Origin: Yuukianura sp. NJ FZ-2021 | Taxonomy: Eukaryota | Length of the DNA stretch: 64,000 bases | Assembly: GCA_046563655.1 (NCBI GenBank) | Contig: CM102285.1 | Span: 8,246,001-8,310,000 of the forward strand | Direction of reading: 5' to 3' | The notes under the pieces: generated by a model | What the model was told of the DNA's origin: nothing | Databases searched by the model: none | Seen by the model: only the letters and a program-made list of their open reading frames with translations | Shown here: positions 46,825 through 57,329 of the stretch, piece by piece | Numbering within the stretch: position 1 is the stretch's first letter | How the letters are laid out: each line of letters starts with the position of its first letter | Position numbers and translations under genes: made by a program

Positions 46825-49800
46825 ATGGCTTCTGTTACATCATTTCCTCTAGTAATTCTAACTGCCCTGCTAATTTCCAATTTGTGCTTGACAACCGTGG
46901 GAAAAGTGTTCAAACCATGCGAATTGGGTCGCATCCTAATGGACCAAGGAATTGAATTTGACCGAATTGGAGACTGTAAGTTCGGCTTCATTTTGGATGC
47001 TACAGAACAAAACTTGATGGAATTTTTGGAAAAAGTTTCAATATTGATGCTTATGACGTCTGGTTTTTGGAATTGATTTATTCGGTATTCGTCACTTCTC
47101 AAAGGGATCTGCCTGGCTAGAGCAGTTAGCCTTTACAATTCATCCATGATAGGGGGTCAATTTACGAATGCGAACAAGAACATGGAATACGGAATCTTTC
47201 AGGTAGGCTTCACAACAATTTTTTAAAGTTTCAGGTTTTAGTTGAAACCGCCATTTCATATTGGACATATTTCTTAGATTAGCAACTACTACCACTGCTA
47301 CGATGAGTATAAAAAGAAGCTCAATAACTGCGGTCTAAACTGTACAGGTTAGGAAAACAATTGACTACTAATAAATCAGAAAGTAATTTTATAATCAGAA
47401 ATAATCAGAAAGTATTTTCATAATTTCAAACAAATAAAATGATTTTTGTAACTTTGCATGAAAAACCTCAATTTCGATACTGACGCAGTAAAATTTTGAT
47501 TTGTGCCAATATTTTAGATCTGATTGACGATAACTTGGAAGATGACATTCGTTGTGCCAGATTACTGTACACGCAAAATCGGCGGACGTTTAGAAGTTGG
47601 GGACCAGCGTTTGGAAAACATTGCAATAGCACTGACGGCAATTCCAAGTATTATAAAGGTTGCGATTTTGCAAATGGTACGGCGTATTTCCAATTTCTCA
47701 CGAACCAATGGGAAACGGACTTACGATTAGTTTTAAGGAAATGTTTTTAATTTCCTATCAATGTTTTCAGGAATGAAGCCAAAAATTGAGGGCGAGCACG
47801 AAACGAATTCAACAGTAGTCATCACCAGTTTGAGTCCAGGTCGCATTATCGTTAGTTGTCGAGTGTATGGCACCCTTCCTATCGAAGTTAGCTGGACTAA
47901 AAACCGAAATGTAAGGATATTCGATTTCAATTTCGTCGTAATTCCGTTAAGCCAAAGCCAATGTAACTTTTAAAACTTCGAAGACGACGCTTTATAGTTT
48001 ATACAGAAATTTACTGCTTCTTTGTATTCATGCCAGGCTTACAGCAGTTCAGACCCGGATTTCAAAGTACACACCACGGTCGATGACTTAACGAACTCCA
48101 CCGTGTCAACAGTATTTCTGCGTCATGTTAATGTTACGCTCACCGAGTACGTGACGCTGTTCACTTGTATTGCCCAAAACCAATACGGAAGTGACCATGC
48201 CGACTTTCTGGTCAAAATTATTGAGCCACCGGACAAAACAGACCCGCCAGATTCCATTGCCAGGAAGGCTGTGGAACTCGGACTAACATTTTTTGTGACA
48301 TCCGTCATAATCCTCACGGTGGCTGTAGTCGCTTATAAACGCGCTGTTAAGGAAAAGGTAAATATTTGTATTACATTTCAACTCATTCACTGTAGCTAAT
48401 GTAACTTCATTATGAAAGTTCGTAACAACTTTAAAAAAAACTAAAAATTAAGCTTTTGTTAATTCGTAGGGAGGTCTTACTGCCGCAGAAATTGAGAATT
48501 TTAAAAATGGCGACCACTCAGAGGATAAAAATTTGAATTCGTCCGAATACATTAACGAAGCTCTGACTTTCACGCCTTACAATCCGGAGTTCGAAATTTT
48601 AAGAAGCGAATTAGAAATAGGTATGGAAAATCGGTTCGTGAAATCAAGCAAGTTTTCTTAATGCAAAAAAATTGTTTAGAAAAAAGAGATCTCCTCGGTT
48701 CTGGTCAGTTTGGTTTGGTTTACAAAGGGAAATTCAATGGCAAAAACGTAGCCGTCAAAACGCTCAAACCAAATGCAGATAAAATGTACCTCAAAGCATT
48801 GCTTTCAGAACTCAAAGTTCTGATATATGTCAAAGGTCATGGAAATGTGACTGAAGTTATTGGCGCTTACACTCAAGAGTTGGATAAAGGTAACAGACTT
48901 TACATTAGTAGCTTTAAACAGATCGTTATTTATTGCATATCCTGAAATATCTCGTTGAAAAGCGGAAAACCTCGCCTAAATGCCAGACATTTTGCTGAGG
49001 TATTTTTGGAAATCATTTTTAGCGGGGATATTTTGGGAGAAATACTTGTCATGATGGTTCATTCTTATTAAAATTACGTGTTTTACCATCTAGGTGTACT
49101 TTTGGTCGTATTGGAACTTTGTCCGCTGGGAAGCTTACTCAAATACCTCCAAGCGTACAGGCTAAACAGCCATGTCAGTTCCACTTCCGATGCGAAGCGA
49201 ACTTTGTCAGAATCAAACAACGAAGATACCGTAGAAGACGCTACCGTCATTGACCAACGCCTAATGGTAGCGTGGAGCTATCAAATTGCAAGTGGAATGG
49301 ATTATTTAACGACCAAGAGAGTGGTTCATGGAGATTTAGCTGCAAGAAATATTTTACTGCGAACGCCTCAACTTATTAAAATTACGGATTTCGGACTTTC
49401 CAAAAAATTGTATACCTATTCAACGTATGCGTATGGAGAGGTAGGAAAACGCGCAAGAATATCATCAAAAGGCATTTTGTCACTTGAAAGATAATTGAGT
49501 GGTTTACAGGGACCAATACCTTGGGAATGGGAAGCACCCGAGACGCTAAGTTACCTAAGATTTTCAGCGGCTTCAGATGCTTGGTCATTTGGGGTAACGC
49601 TATGGGAGATATTCAGTTTTGCTCAAAAACCGTATTCAGGTCTGTCTTGGACCCCCGATTTTCCAAATCAGTTGGAAAATGGACTTCGCCTTACGAAGCC
49701 GAATGACGCTTCCGATTCTATGTATGATGAGTTGCCAATTACTCGATTAGATTCGGAGCTTTTTAATCAAGATTAAGTGTTCTGTTGACTATAGATTCAA

Positions 49801-50037
49801 TATCATGGAAAACTGCTGGAAGTTTAACCCAACAGATCGCCCAACGTTTAAATTCTTAAGAGAACTTTTGTATCTAGAGGTTGCCAAATTTTCAACAGTG
49901 GTAAGATGTCGGTACAAAGTAACTTTTGAAATTCTGTCTAACTTAACCGATTTTATTTAATTTTTTAGCGGTATGTTGATTTTACTCCGGACTCTGCTCC
50001 AGTGTCCGAAGATTACCGAAACGTGGGATTTGTGTAA
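46825..50037 (+). CDS. Receptor tyrosine kinase with c-type lysozyme-like + Ig ectodomain and PVR/PDGFR-like non-RD kinase (677 aa)
   Basis: Twelve GT-AG exons in one frame (2034 nt): 46825-46975, 47105-47202, 47278-47347, 47518-47676, 47771-47910, 48037-48357, 48470-48620, 48680-48889, 49094-49440, 49510-49721, 49795-49900, 49969-50037. Signal peptide MASVTSFPLVILTALLISNLCLTTVG. Lysozyme domain KVFKPCEL..WICLA..YGIFQISNYYHC..NNCGLNC..DDIRCA..W..HC..GC with 8 Cys. Ig domain VSCRVYG..EVSWTK..FTCIAQNQYGSD. TM LGLTFFVTSVIILTVAVVAY. Kinase LGSGQFG, VAVK, SELK, HGDLAARN, DFG, APE, SDAWSFGVTLWEIFS, CW..P..RPTF. Confidence 0.88.
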
Positions 50038-50123
50038 TAAAATTGTTCGATTTCTGTGAAAGTGTTTTGTGTTTGTTAACTTTTGACAAAACGGGAGTTG
50101 GGCCAGTCGAATAGGCTGGTTGG

Positions 50124-51584
50124 TTAATTTTCTTGTAGGAAATTGTGGACAACATCAAAAAACTGTTGGTGATGCGTAATATGTATGCTGTGTTTTCCGC
50201 CTTCCATGATCATCAATCTACAAGAAAAACAAAACAAGCAAAAAAATGAAAGCAATAGTTTTGAAAACTATTTGAAAAAATTCACCAATTACCAATTCAG
50301 ATCACCGTTTTTGAGTTCATTAAATTCGGAACTTGTTACCTAGAGTTGGCGATATGTTTATGTAGAAAATGAGCATGTTTCTCATGAACGATCAAATCAT
50401 CGGACCCATGCAAAATAAAAGTGGGACATGTAATTTTGTTCTTTGCACAAAACTCTCCACCGTGGTGTGTGTAAATCCGCTGCAAGATATTTAACCAGGT
50501 TTGCCACGATTCCAAGAAGAAATTTTGACCGAATTCTGCAATCATGGCGTCCTGCATCTTCCCTTTCCAATTTTCTGTGTTTTTGAACCCTGCAAATTAT
50601 AATGGAAACTATTTTAAAAATAAGTGCACAAAAAAAAAACTCTGTAAAAAATCCAAACAGTGCTATCCGCACATTCTAACTTGTCCGCGTCCTCTTTGGC
50701 TACATAAGAAAATACACCCCATACAACCAGCTTTCGAATCTTCTCGCAGTGTTGTGATGCCATGAGCAAAGCGGATAATCCTCCACCGCACCAGCCCAAC
50801 ACCGAATACTTATCGTGACCGAGTTCCTGCAACGAGATTTAGAATGTGTTGACCAATTGTATTAGCAATTAGCAATATATTTCCAATAGGTAAGTTAGCA
50901 CATACCTTCAGTAGGGTCAAAGCCATATCTACATCTTCCTGAATACTATGATCTGTAAAAATTCGTTTGGGCGGCCGACTCTGTCCGAAACCTACAACAT
51001 ACATAAATCTTATTTAATAATTTTGTTTGTTTTCCATTAAATCCCGGTTTACGTTAATTGTTAACCTATTGATTATTCGCGTCGTAAGAAATATTTGTTT
51101 ACCTGGCTGATCCCAGGCATAAAATGTGTAGTAATCCGAGTGTTGCTCCATGTGACCCACGAGGTCCTTTAGATGCATTCGCATTGAACCTAGTAATCAA
51201 AATCAAAAACAATTTGGAACTAAAAATCGACGAAACATAAAAGTGCCAATACTACTGCTATGATTGTAGCACCTACATATATGCATTTATAATAATTAGA
51301 ATTTCATATTTCGTAGTAAAAATTGTTTGTTTCATACCAATAAGTCCAGGGTAGCAAAAGACCGCATGTGGCCCGTTACCAACTTTGATGAAATTGACAT
51401 TGTAAATTCCAATTTGAGTTCTTCGGTAGTACTGCGCAAGAGGGTCAACTTTCTCCAAAGAGTGGAACTCGGTGTCTTTAATTGCAAGACGCCATGAAGA
51501 ATGGACGTCTGTCACAAGTGACCTTACTAAACTACGCAAAGGAGACGAACGGCAAAATTTAGGAATTGAAGTTACAACAAGCAT
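50124..51584 (-). CDS. BPHL: BPHL/valacyclovir hydrolase-like alpha/beta hydrolase, copy 1 (305 aa; GWCGG elbow)
   Basis: Exons 51338-51584, 51103-51189, 50906-50991, 50673-50826, 50340-50589, 50124-50217. Motifs WDQPGFGQSRPPKR, GWCGGG, CPTFILHGSDD, GGKHSIH. Arg/Ser-rich N-terminus resembles a mitochondrial presequence. Confidence 0.88.
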
Positions 51585-52161
51585 TTTAAACGTAAAATGT
51601 GAGGCACTATTCCTAGTACTAATGTTTGCTGACAAATTAAAAACCTGTTCTAGGAAGAATTACAATTATTACGTTGCGACCTAAGACTTTCCTACACAAA
51701 GAATGACACAGAGTAAAAATTAGAACAAAAAAAACGAACCTGTGACCTTTAACCTTCGGACTTGCAAGTTGCAAAACACTTGACTAACACAACATGCATT
51801 TGATAACGCCACTACAGACTCATTTGTCATTTCATTTATCCAAGCAAAAATTGACTCGCACAATTTCAAATAATTATGTTGCAATTTGCAACTTGCAATT
51901 TGTAACACTTTTCCAGAGTGGTATACAGAAGAGCATTGTTTATAATTTTCTATATGAATTGGTAATATCAACTTAACTGTATCATTTACACATTCGAGCG
52001 TCATGTAGAAATGAACATCGTATACTTCGTATCATTGAGAAAAAGATGGGCTGATGGCATCAATACGCCAACTTTTCTTCCAAGTTAAAATTAAACTTAA
52101 AAGTTACCCTGTTAGTAACTGTCGACGAAGAGCGAAGAGGGTTGGTGAAAAATAGACTGGG

Positions 52162-53614
52162 TTATTTCTGTTGAAGATAGTTGTGGATAGCATCAAAGAA
52201 TTCTTGATGGTAACGGATTTGTAGATTGTGTTTTCCCAATGGCATGATCATTAACCTAGAAAAGTTAAAAAAAGATACCTAACATAAAGAACGCATTTTC
52301 CGAAGCCTGGTCGATTGCACTCAATTTAACATTGACATCGTAACCGCTTACTTTGAGTTAGGAATATTTTTGTGTAGGTAATGCGCATGTTTTTCAAGTA
52401 CGATTCTATCCTGGGATCCATGCAAAATGAAGGTTGGACACGTTATTTTGTGCAACACCTTAGCACAAAACTCTCCAGCGTTGTGCGAGTGCATTCGCTT
52501 CATAATATCCATCCAGGTTTGCCATGACTCCAGGAAAAAATCTTTTCCATATTCTTCAACTAGGACATCCTGCATTTTGCCTTCCCAGTTGTGTACGTTT
52601 CTAAACCCTGCAAAAATCAAAATTCTTCAGGAATTGTCAATTCAAAAGCAAAACTTATGAACATAAAAGATAATCCATGTTAGGGAATGACAATCGTAGT
52701 CACTACTTTACATAATACTTGCATTCGAACTTGTCATAATCTTCTTTGTCCACGTATGCAAATACACCCCACACAATCAACTTTCGAATGATGTCGGATC
52801 GTTGTGTCGCCATCAGTAAAGCTGACAGTCCTCCGCCACTCCATCCCATCACAGAGTACTTTTCGTGTCCAAGTTCCTGAAACAGGATTAACATCCCATA
52901 TTCAATAACAATGTTCTTATTGGTAAACGTTGAATTTTTGTAGGATTTACTAATTCGTAGTGTACACACCTTCATTAGCTCCATACTCATATCAACGTCC
53001 TCCTGAAGACTGTCATCCGTGAAAACGCGTTTGGGCGGCCGACTCTGTCCATACCCTGCAAACAAATCACAAAGTCAGCAATATTTTAGTTTGTCTCCAT
53101 CATGGTCACAGTTTTGGCTGAAGTTAGTAAAGTAAAGCAGTTAATTCCCAAATCGACTAGCATTTGAAATATTACCAGGCTGGTCCCATGCATAAAACGT
53201 GTAGTAGTTGGAATGCTCCTTCATATGACCCACGAGTTCCTTTAGATGTGTTCGCATTGCACCTAATAATTAGTAAAACGTTTAAGTAATTAACTACGGA
53301 TTCAGTGGCGGCATTACATAAATTATGGTAAATTTTAAATTAACATTTTTAGAAAAGTACTAGATTTTACCCAGTATCCCAGGATAGCAGAAAACCGCAT
53401 GTGGACCATGGCCAACTTTGAGGTAATTGACATTGTAAATTCCGATTTGAGTTCGATTGTAGTACTGCGCAAGCGGGTCTACATTCTCCAAAGAATGTGC
53501 TTGGAGGTCATTCGTTTTATCGAGCCCTGGTGAATTGACTGCAGTTGTAAGCGATCTAGCTAAAATGCTCAAAGGACTATTGTAAAACCTAGCAATTGAC
53601 GCTACCAGAGTCAT
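52162..53614 (-). CDS. BPHL: BPHL-like alpha/beta hydrolase, copy 2 (306 aa; GWSGG elbow)
   Basis: Exons 53371-53614, 53176-53262, 52970-53055, 52723-52876 (GC donor), 52352-52607, 52162-52255. Motifs WDQPGYGQSRPPKR, GWSGGG, HGSQD, GKHNL. Confidence 0.88.
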
Positions 53615-54301
53615 TTTTAAAGATGAAATACTCCGATATCGAGTTGCGAAATTTCCTGTCAATGCTACTTTGCAAAATCGTTTGAAAATGACCCTTCCAA
53701 AGCAATATACTTCAAAAAGTTTGTCCCTGGTTTAAATAACTGCTACGACTACGAAATCTCAAAGGAGATGAACCAGGAGAGTCCAGCTCAATGTTCAACA
53801 TCCAAACAAAGTCACTTGACATCGGTAAGAGCAAGTTTATAGTTTATAGGCGAACATCATAAGAACGCCATTCCATTTGTTGATCCACATGCGAGTGCTT
53901 AAGTGGAACCAGCTGATATGATAGCCAACACTCACCCAAAGGGAAAGTGGGAGTGCGATCTGACACCGCAAAATAGGCAAACAAAAACTATGGAAGTTCC
54001 ACTAAAAAAAAGTTACGCCGTTCGCCGATTTGGAATTGAAAAAAAGATGCTGAATTTGGCAATATTTATAATATATTTTATATGATAAACGTAGAATTGT
54101 CAGGTTTAGAATTGAGACAGGTCAGTCACATCCTATCCGCTTTCACACCTCAATTCTACGAACATTGGGTTTACATATATATTTTGGAATTATGTTAAAT
54201 CGGAAACTAACTTGATTAGAATGGAGGGGCGATCGTTAGTAATGCGAGGTGTTCCAGCCGGAATTGCAAAAAAAAAAAAAACTGCTTACAAACTCGAAGT
54301 A

Positions 54302-56836
54302 TCATAAATCCAACTCCTTCTCTTCTTCCAACAGGAATGCTTCAACGAGTCGATTGAATTTCTTGAAATGTCTAAGATGGAGATTGTGCTTTCCGCCCTC
54401 CATGATGAACAACCTTGAAATATTCACAAATTACAAACATAATTAAAATTAGTACATAAATTATAATTAACATTCTACCAACTAATACACAGTGGTCGGT
54501 TTATTTATTTTTTGGTTCTCATGGAAAGAAATAAATTTTGTAAACAAACTGACTTATCAGTGTCATTTTGACCCAAAAATTGACGTACCGATTGATTTTT
54601 GTCCTCGAAAACCCTCACCATCTAATGACAAACCGAAGGGTGATTAGCGTTCTGGATGACTTGGTCTTTGATATTTTGAGGTGCAAATCCGCGCATAATG
54701 CTTAGTTAAGGACGGGTAACAGGCAACGTTTGTTTACGATTTGGTGTCAGCCATTGCCGTTAGTAACAAAGCAAAATCACTGCTCAAACGTACGAAAGTC
54801 GGCACTTTTTTGAATGGTTGACGAATCAAAGTTTTCAAAGTACAACATTTCAAATAATCTGGGACTCAACAATCACAGTGTTCCCATGGAGACGGCTAAT
54901 TTCAGTGCCGACTTTTGCTAATTTGCAAATTACTATAGAATTTCATCTACTTTTGCTAATTAGATGTTCATTATAAGACCTAGAAATGCGTTTGAGGTGT
55001 CTAAAAATCCGGAAGACCATGGCGCTTAAGTCGCCTTGACCAAATTCCCGAATTTTGGTATCATTCGACGCGTATAAAAAATTGAACCTTGTATTCAATT
55101 TTTAGTATCACTGTACAACTAAAACTCAAGTTCGGTTCAATGCTCTGTATTCTACAGATAATGACGAATTTTTAGAGCCCTTGTACACATTTCTACGATA
55201 TACCTGTGAATTCTAATTAGACGTTAAAGTTAATTAATTTGAGGCGAAACGAGACACCCCGTTGCCATGTCTGATTCCTTCTTAAGGCCCAAAGCTTATC
55301 CAAAGTATTCCTAAATTCTTGTTTATTTTCTTGGTTGCAATAAACATTATTTGCGAATTTGTGATTTCGCATTCATAACTTGGTGATATGTTGAGATTTG
55401 GCGTCACAACTTCACAAAGCGCCAAATCTATACTTTCAAAAAAAAATTCTAAATTCAAACTGTTCTTTGTCTTTTGTGTCATTCTGGTCGGTCATGTTGA
55501 AAGAAGCATAATGGGTACATTGTGTAGTGTTGCATTCCTGCAACCGAATGAGTTGTCAACGGCAACGTTGTAATTAAAGTTTGTTTCAAAAAACGCCTGA
55601 ACTGTTTTTTTTTTAAAACCGACCACTGTGTAATACTATAAATTATAGTTATGTACATTCAATTGCAGGAAGTACCAACATGGACTTACTATTTTATCTG
55701 TTACAATACTAGTGGGGCACTCAGATTCGCTACCGAACTATAAAATTAAATCAACGCGTGGTTACCGTGAATTCTTGATGTGTTCCTTCAAGTATTCAGC
55801 GTGCTCCATTCCTACCATGGGATCCTGGTCTCCGTGAACAATCAGCGTCGGACATTGTATTTTCGGTAGTTCCTCCTTGCAAATATCTCCTCCATGCTTT
55901 TCATATATTTCAATCCCAGCGTCACATGCTTCAGCCCAGGTTTTGCGAAGATATTCTTCTCCGTAGATTTCGAGCATCGGTGTCCTCATTTTCCTAGACC
56001 AAGTGTCTATGTCTCGTAAGCCTACGTCAGAGAAAATTGACGTTTATGTCGTCTCCAAACGGTAATGAAAAAATTAGTCTTGAGTACGTACTTCTCTGTG
56101 CTTCGCATAGTTTGTCATTAACAAACGCATTGGCAGCGGTGACAACTATTTTTCGAACAGAATTCGGAAATAGGGCAGCCATAACCAGCGCCGTAACTCC
56201 CCCATCGCTCCACCCAATAATCGAGTACTTATCTTCTTTGAGTTCCTTCAAAATTCAAAATCAATTGTATGATCGTGACTATTTCAAATTCTACAACAGA
56301 ACTCATCAGTCACGCATTCAATATCATTTGTAAGTTTTTTAAAAGTAATTTTGGTTACGGTCATGAGCTGTGCGGCAGTTCGAGCATCGCGGTAATACAT
56401 TTGAGCTCCACCGGAGAAATCCCTATCGGGAGGTCTGCTTCGTCCATAACCTGGAGGATCCCAGGCAATCATTGTGAACTTTGATGTATCCAAGGTAGCA
56501 AGCTGAGGCCGAAAATCAGTGTCAATCGTACCTAGTAGTTTAGTAACCAAATTTCAAGAGCAATATTAATTGGGTAGCAATGTTTACCATTAAAAACACA
56601 TGCAAAGTTCTAATCTCACCGAGCCCTCCAGGAAGTAGAAGAAGCGTATGCGAACCACCTCCGACCTTTTCATAATTAATCAAATGCTGTCCAACCGCAA
56701 TCTTCTGTTGATTATTCGTACTGATGGTCAACCTGTTAACATAAGCGAGTCCCTTCGAAGGAACAAATGACACTTTAAACATACTGGAGAGTAGCCTAGA
56801 ATACCGAATAATTGACGAACCCATGTTGAACGTCAT
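54302..56836 (-). CDS. BPHL: BPHL-like alpha/beta hydrolase, copy 3 (303 aa; canonical GWSDGG)
   Basis: Exons 56620-56836, 56359-56531, 56092-56245, 55766-56021, 54302-54413. Motifs LLLLPGGLG..TDFRPQL, WDPPGYGRSRPPDRDF, GWSDGG, GGDIC..LPKIQCPTLIVHGDQDPMV, GGKHNLHLR. This is the most BPHL-like copy. Confidence 0.92.
54488..55630. mobile_element. Non-autonomous DNA element (1143 bp), TA TSD, in the last intron of BPHL copy 3
   Basis: 15-bp TIR cacagtggtcggttt / aaaccgaccactgtg, flanked by TA at 54486-54487 and 55631-55632. It accounts for this intron being about 1.35 kb versus about 100-120 bp in copies 1 and 2. No transposase ORF. Confidence 0.78.
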
Positions 56837-57012
56837 AAGAGGTCATGGACACTGTCCCTGACACGTGGAACGAGACCTTGCTTTGCTAACTTCGTCTGCC
56901 GACGACAGTAAGATTAACAATTGTGATGCTGTTGGATTTTGTTCCCGTGGTGCTGGATAATGACGAGACGACTAGTGCTGAAGGTCAAGTTTTGCTGACT
57001 GTCGAAGTCCTC

Positions 57013-57329
57013 GGTCGAAGTAAACTTTGAGGCAGTCCGTTGTACCCCCCAAATTGCATTGTATTGTACCCCTCCATTATAATCCGTGGCGGCAAATTCA
57101 AAAAAACAACAAATCGCCCCCTCTACTGTTGATTTGTTCAGTTGCGCATAGATTTATGAACTGTACCCCCCGTCCTTAGTTAGGTTATGTTAACCTAACC
57201 TAACCTAACCAACAATAGAGGGGGCGATTTGTTGCTTTTTTGAAATTGCCGCCACGGATTATAATGGGGGGGTACAATACAATGCAATTTTGGGGGGTAC
57301 AACGGACTGCCTCAAAGTTTACTTCAACC
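57013..57329. mobile_element. MITE (317 bp) with about 119-bp TIRs and an 8-bp TSD
   Basis: TIRs 57013-57131 and 57210-57329 (ggtcgaagtaaactttgaggcagtccgttgtacccccc... / ...ggggggtacaacggactgcctcaaagtttacttcaacc). Direct repeat aagtcctc at 57005-57012 and 57330-57337. Confidence 0.9.

Noticed and set aside
46825..47750. Bacterial horizontal-transfer origin for the lysozyme domain
   Set aside because: It has the 8-Cys animal c-type pattern and spliceosomal introns at positions shared with animal lysozyme genes.
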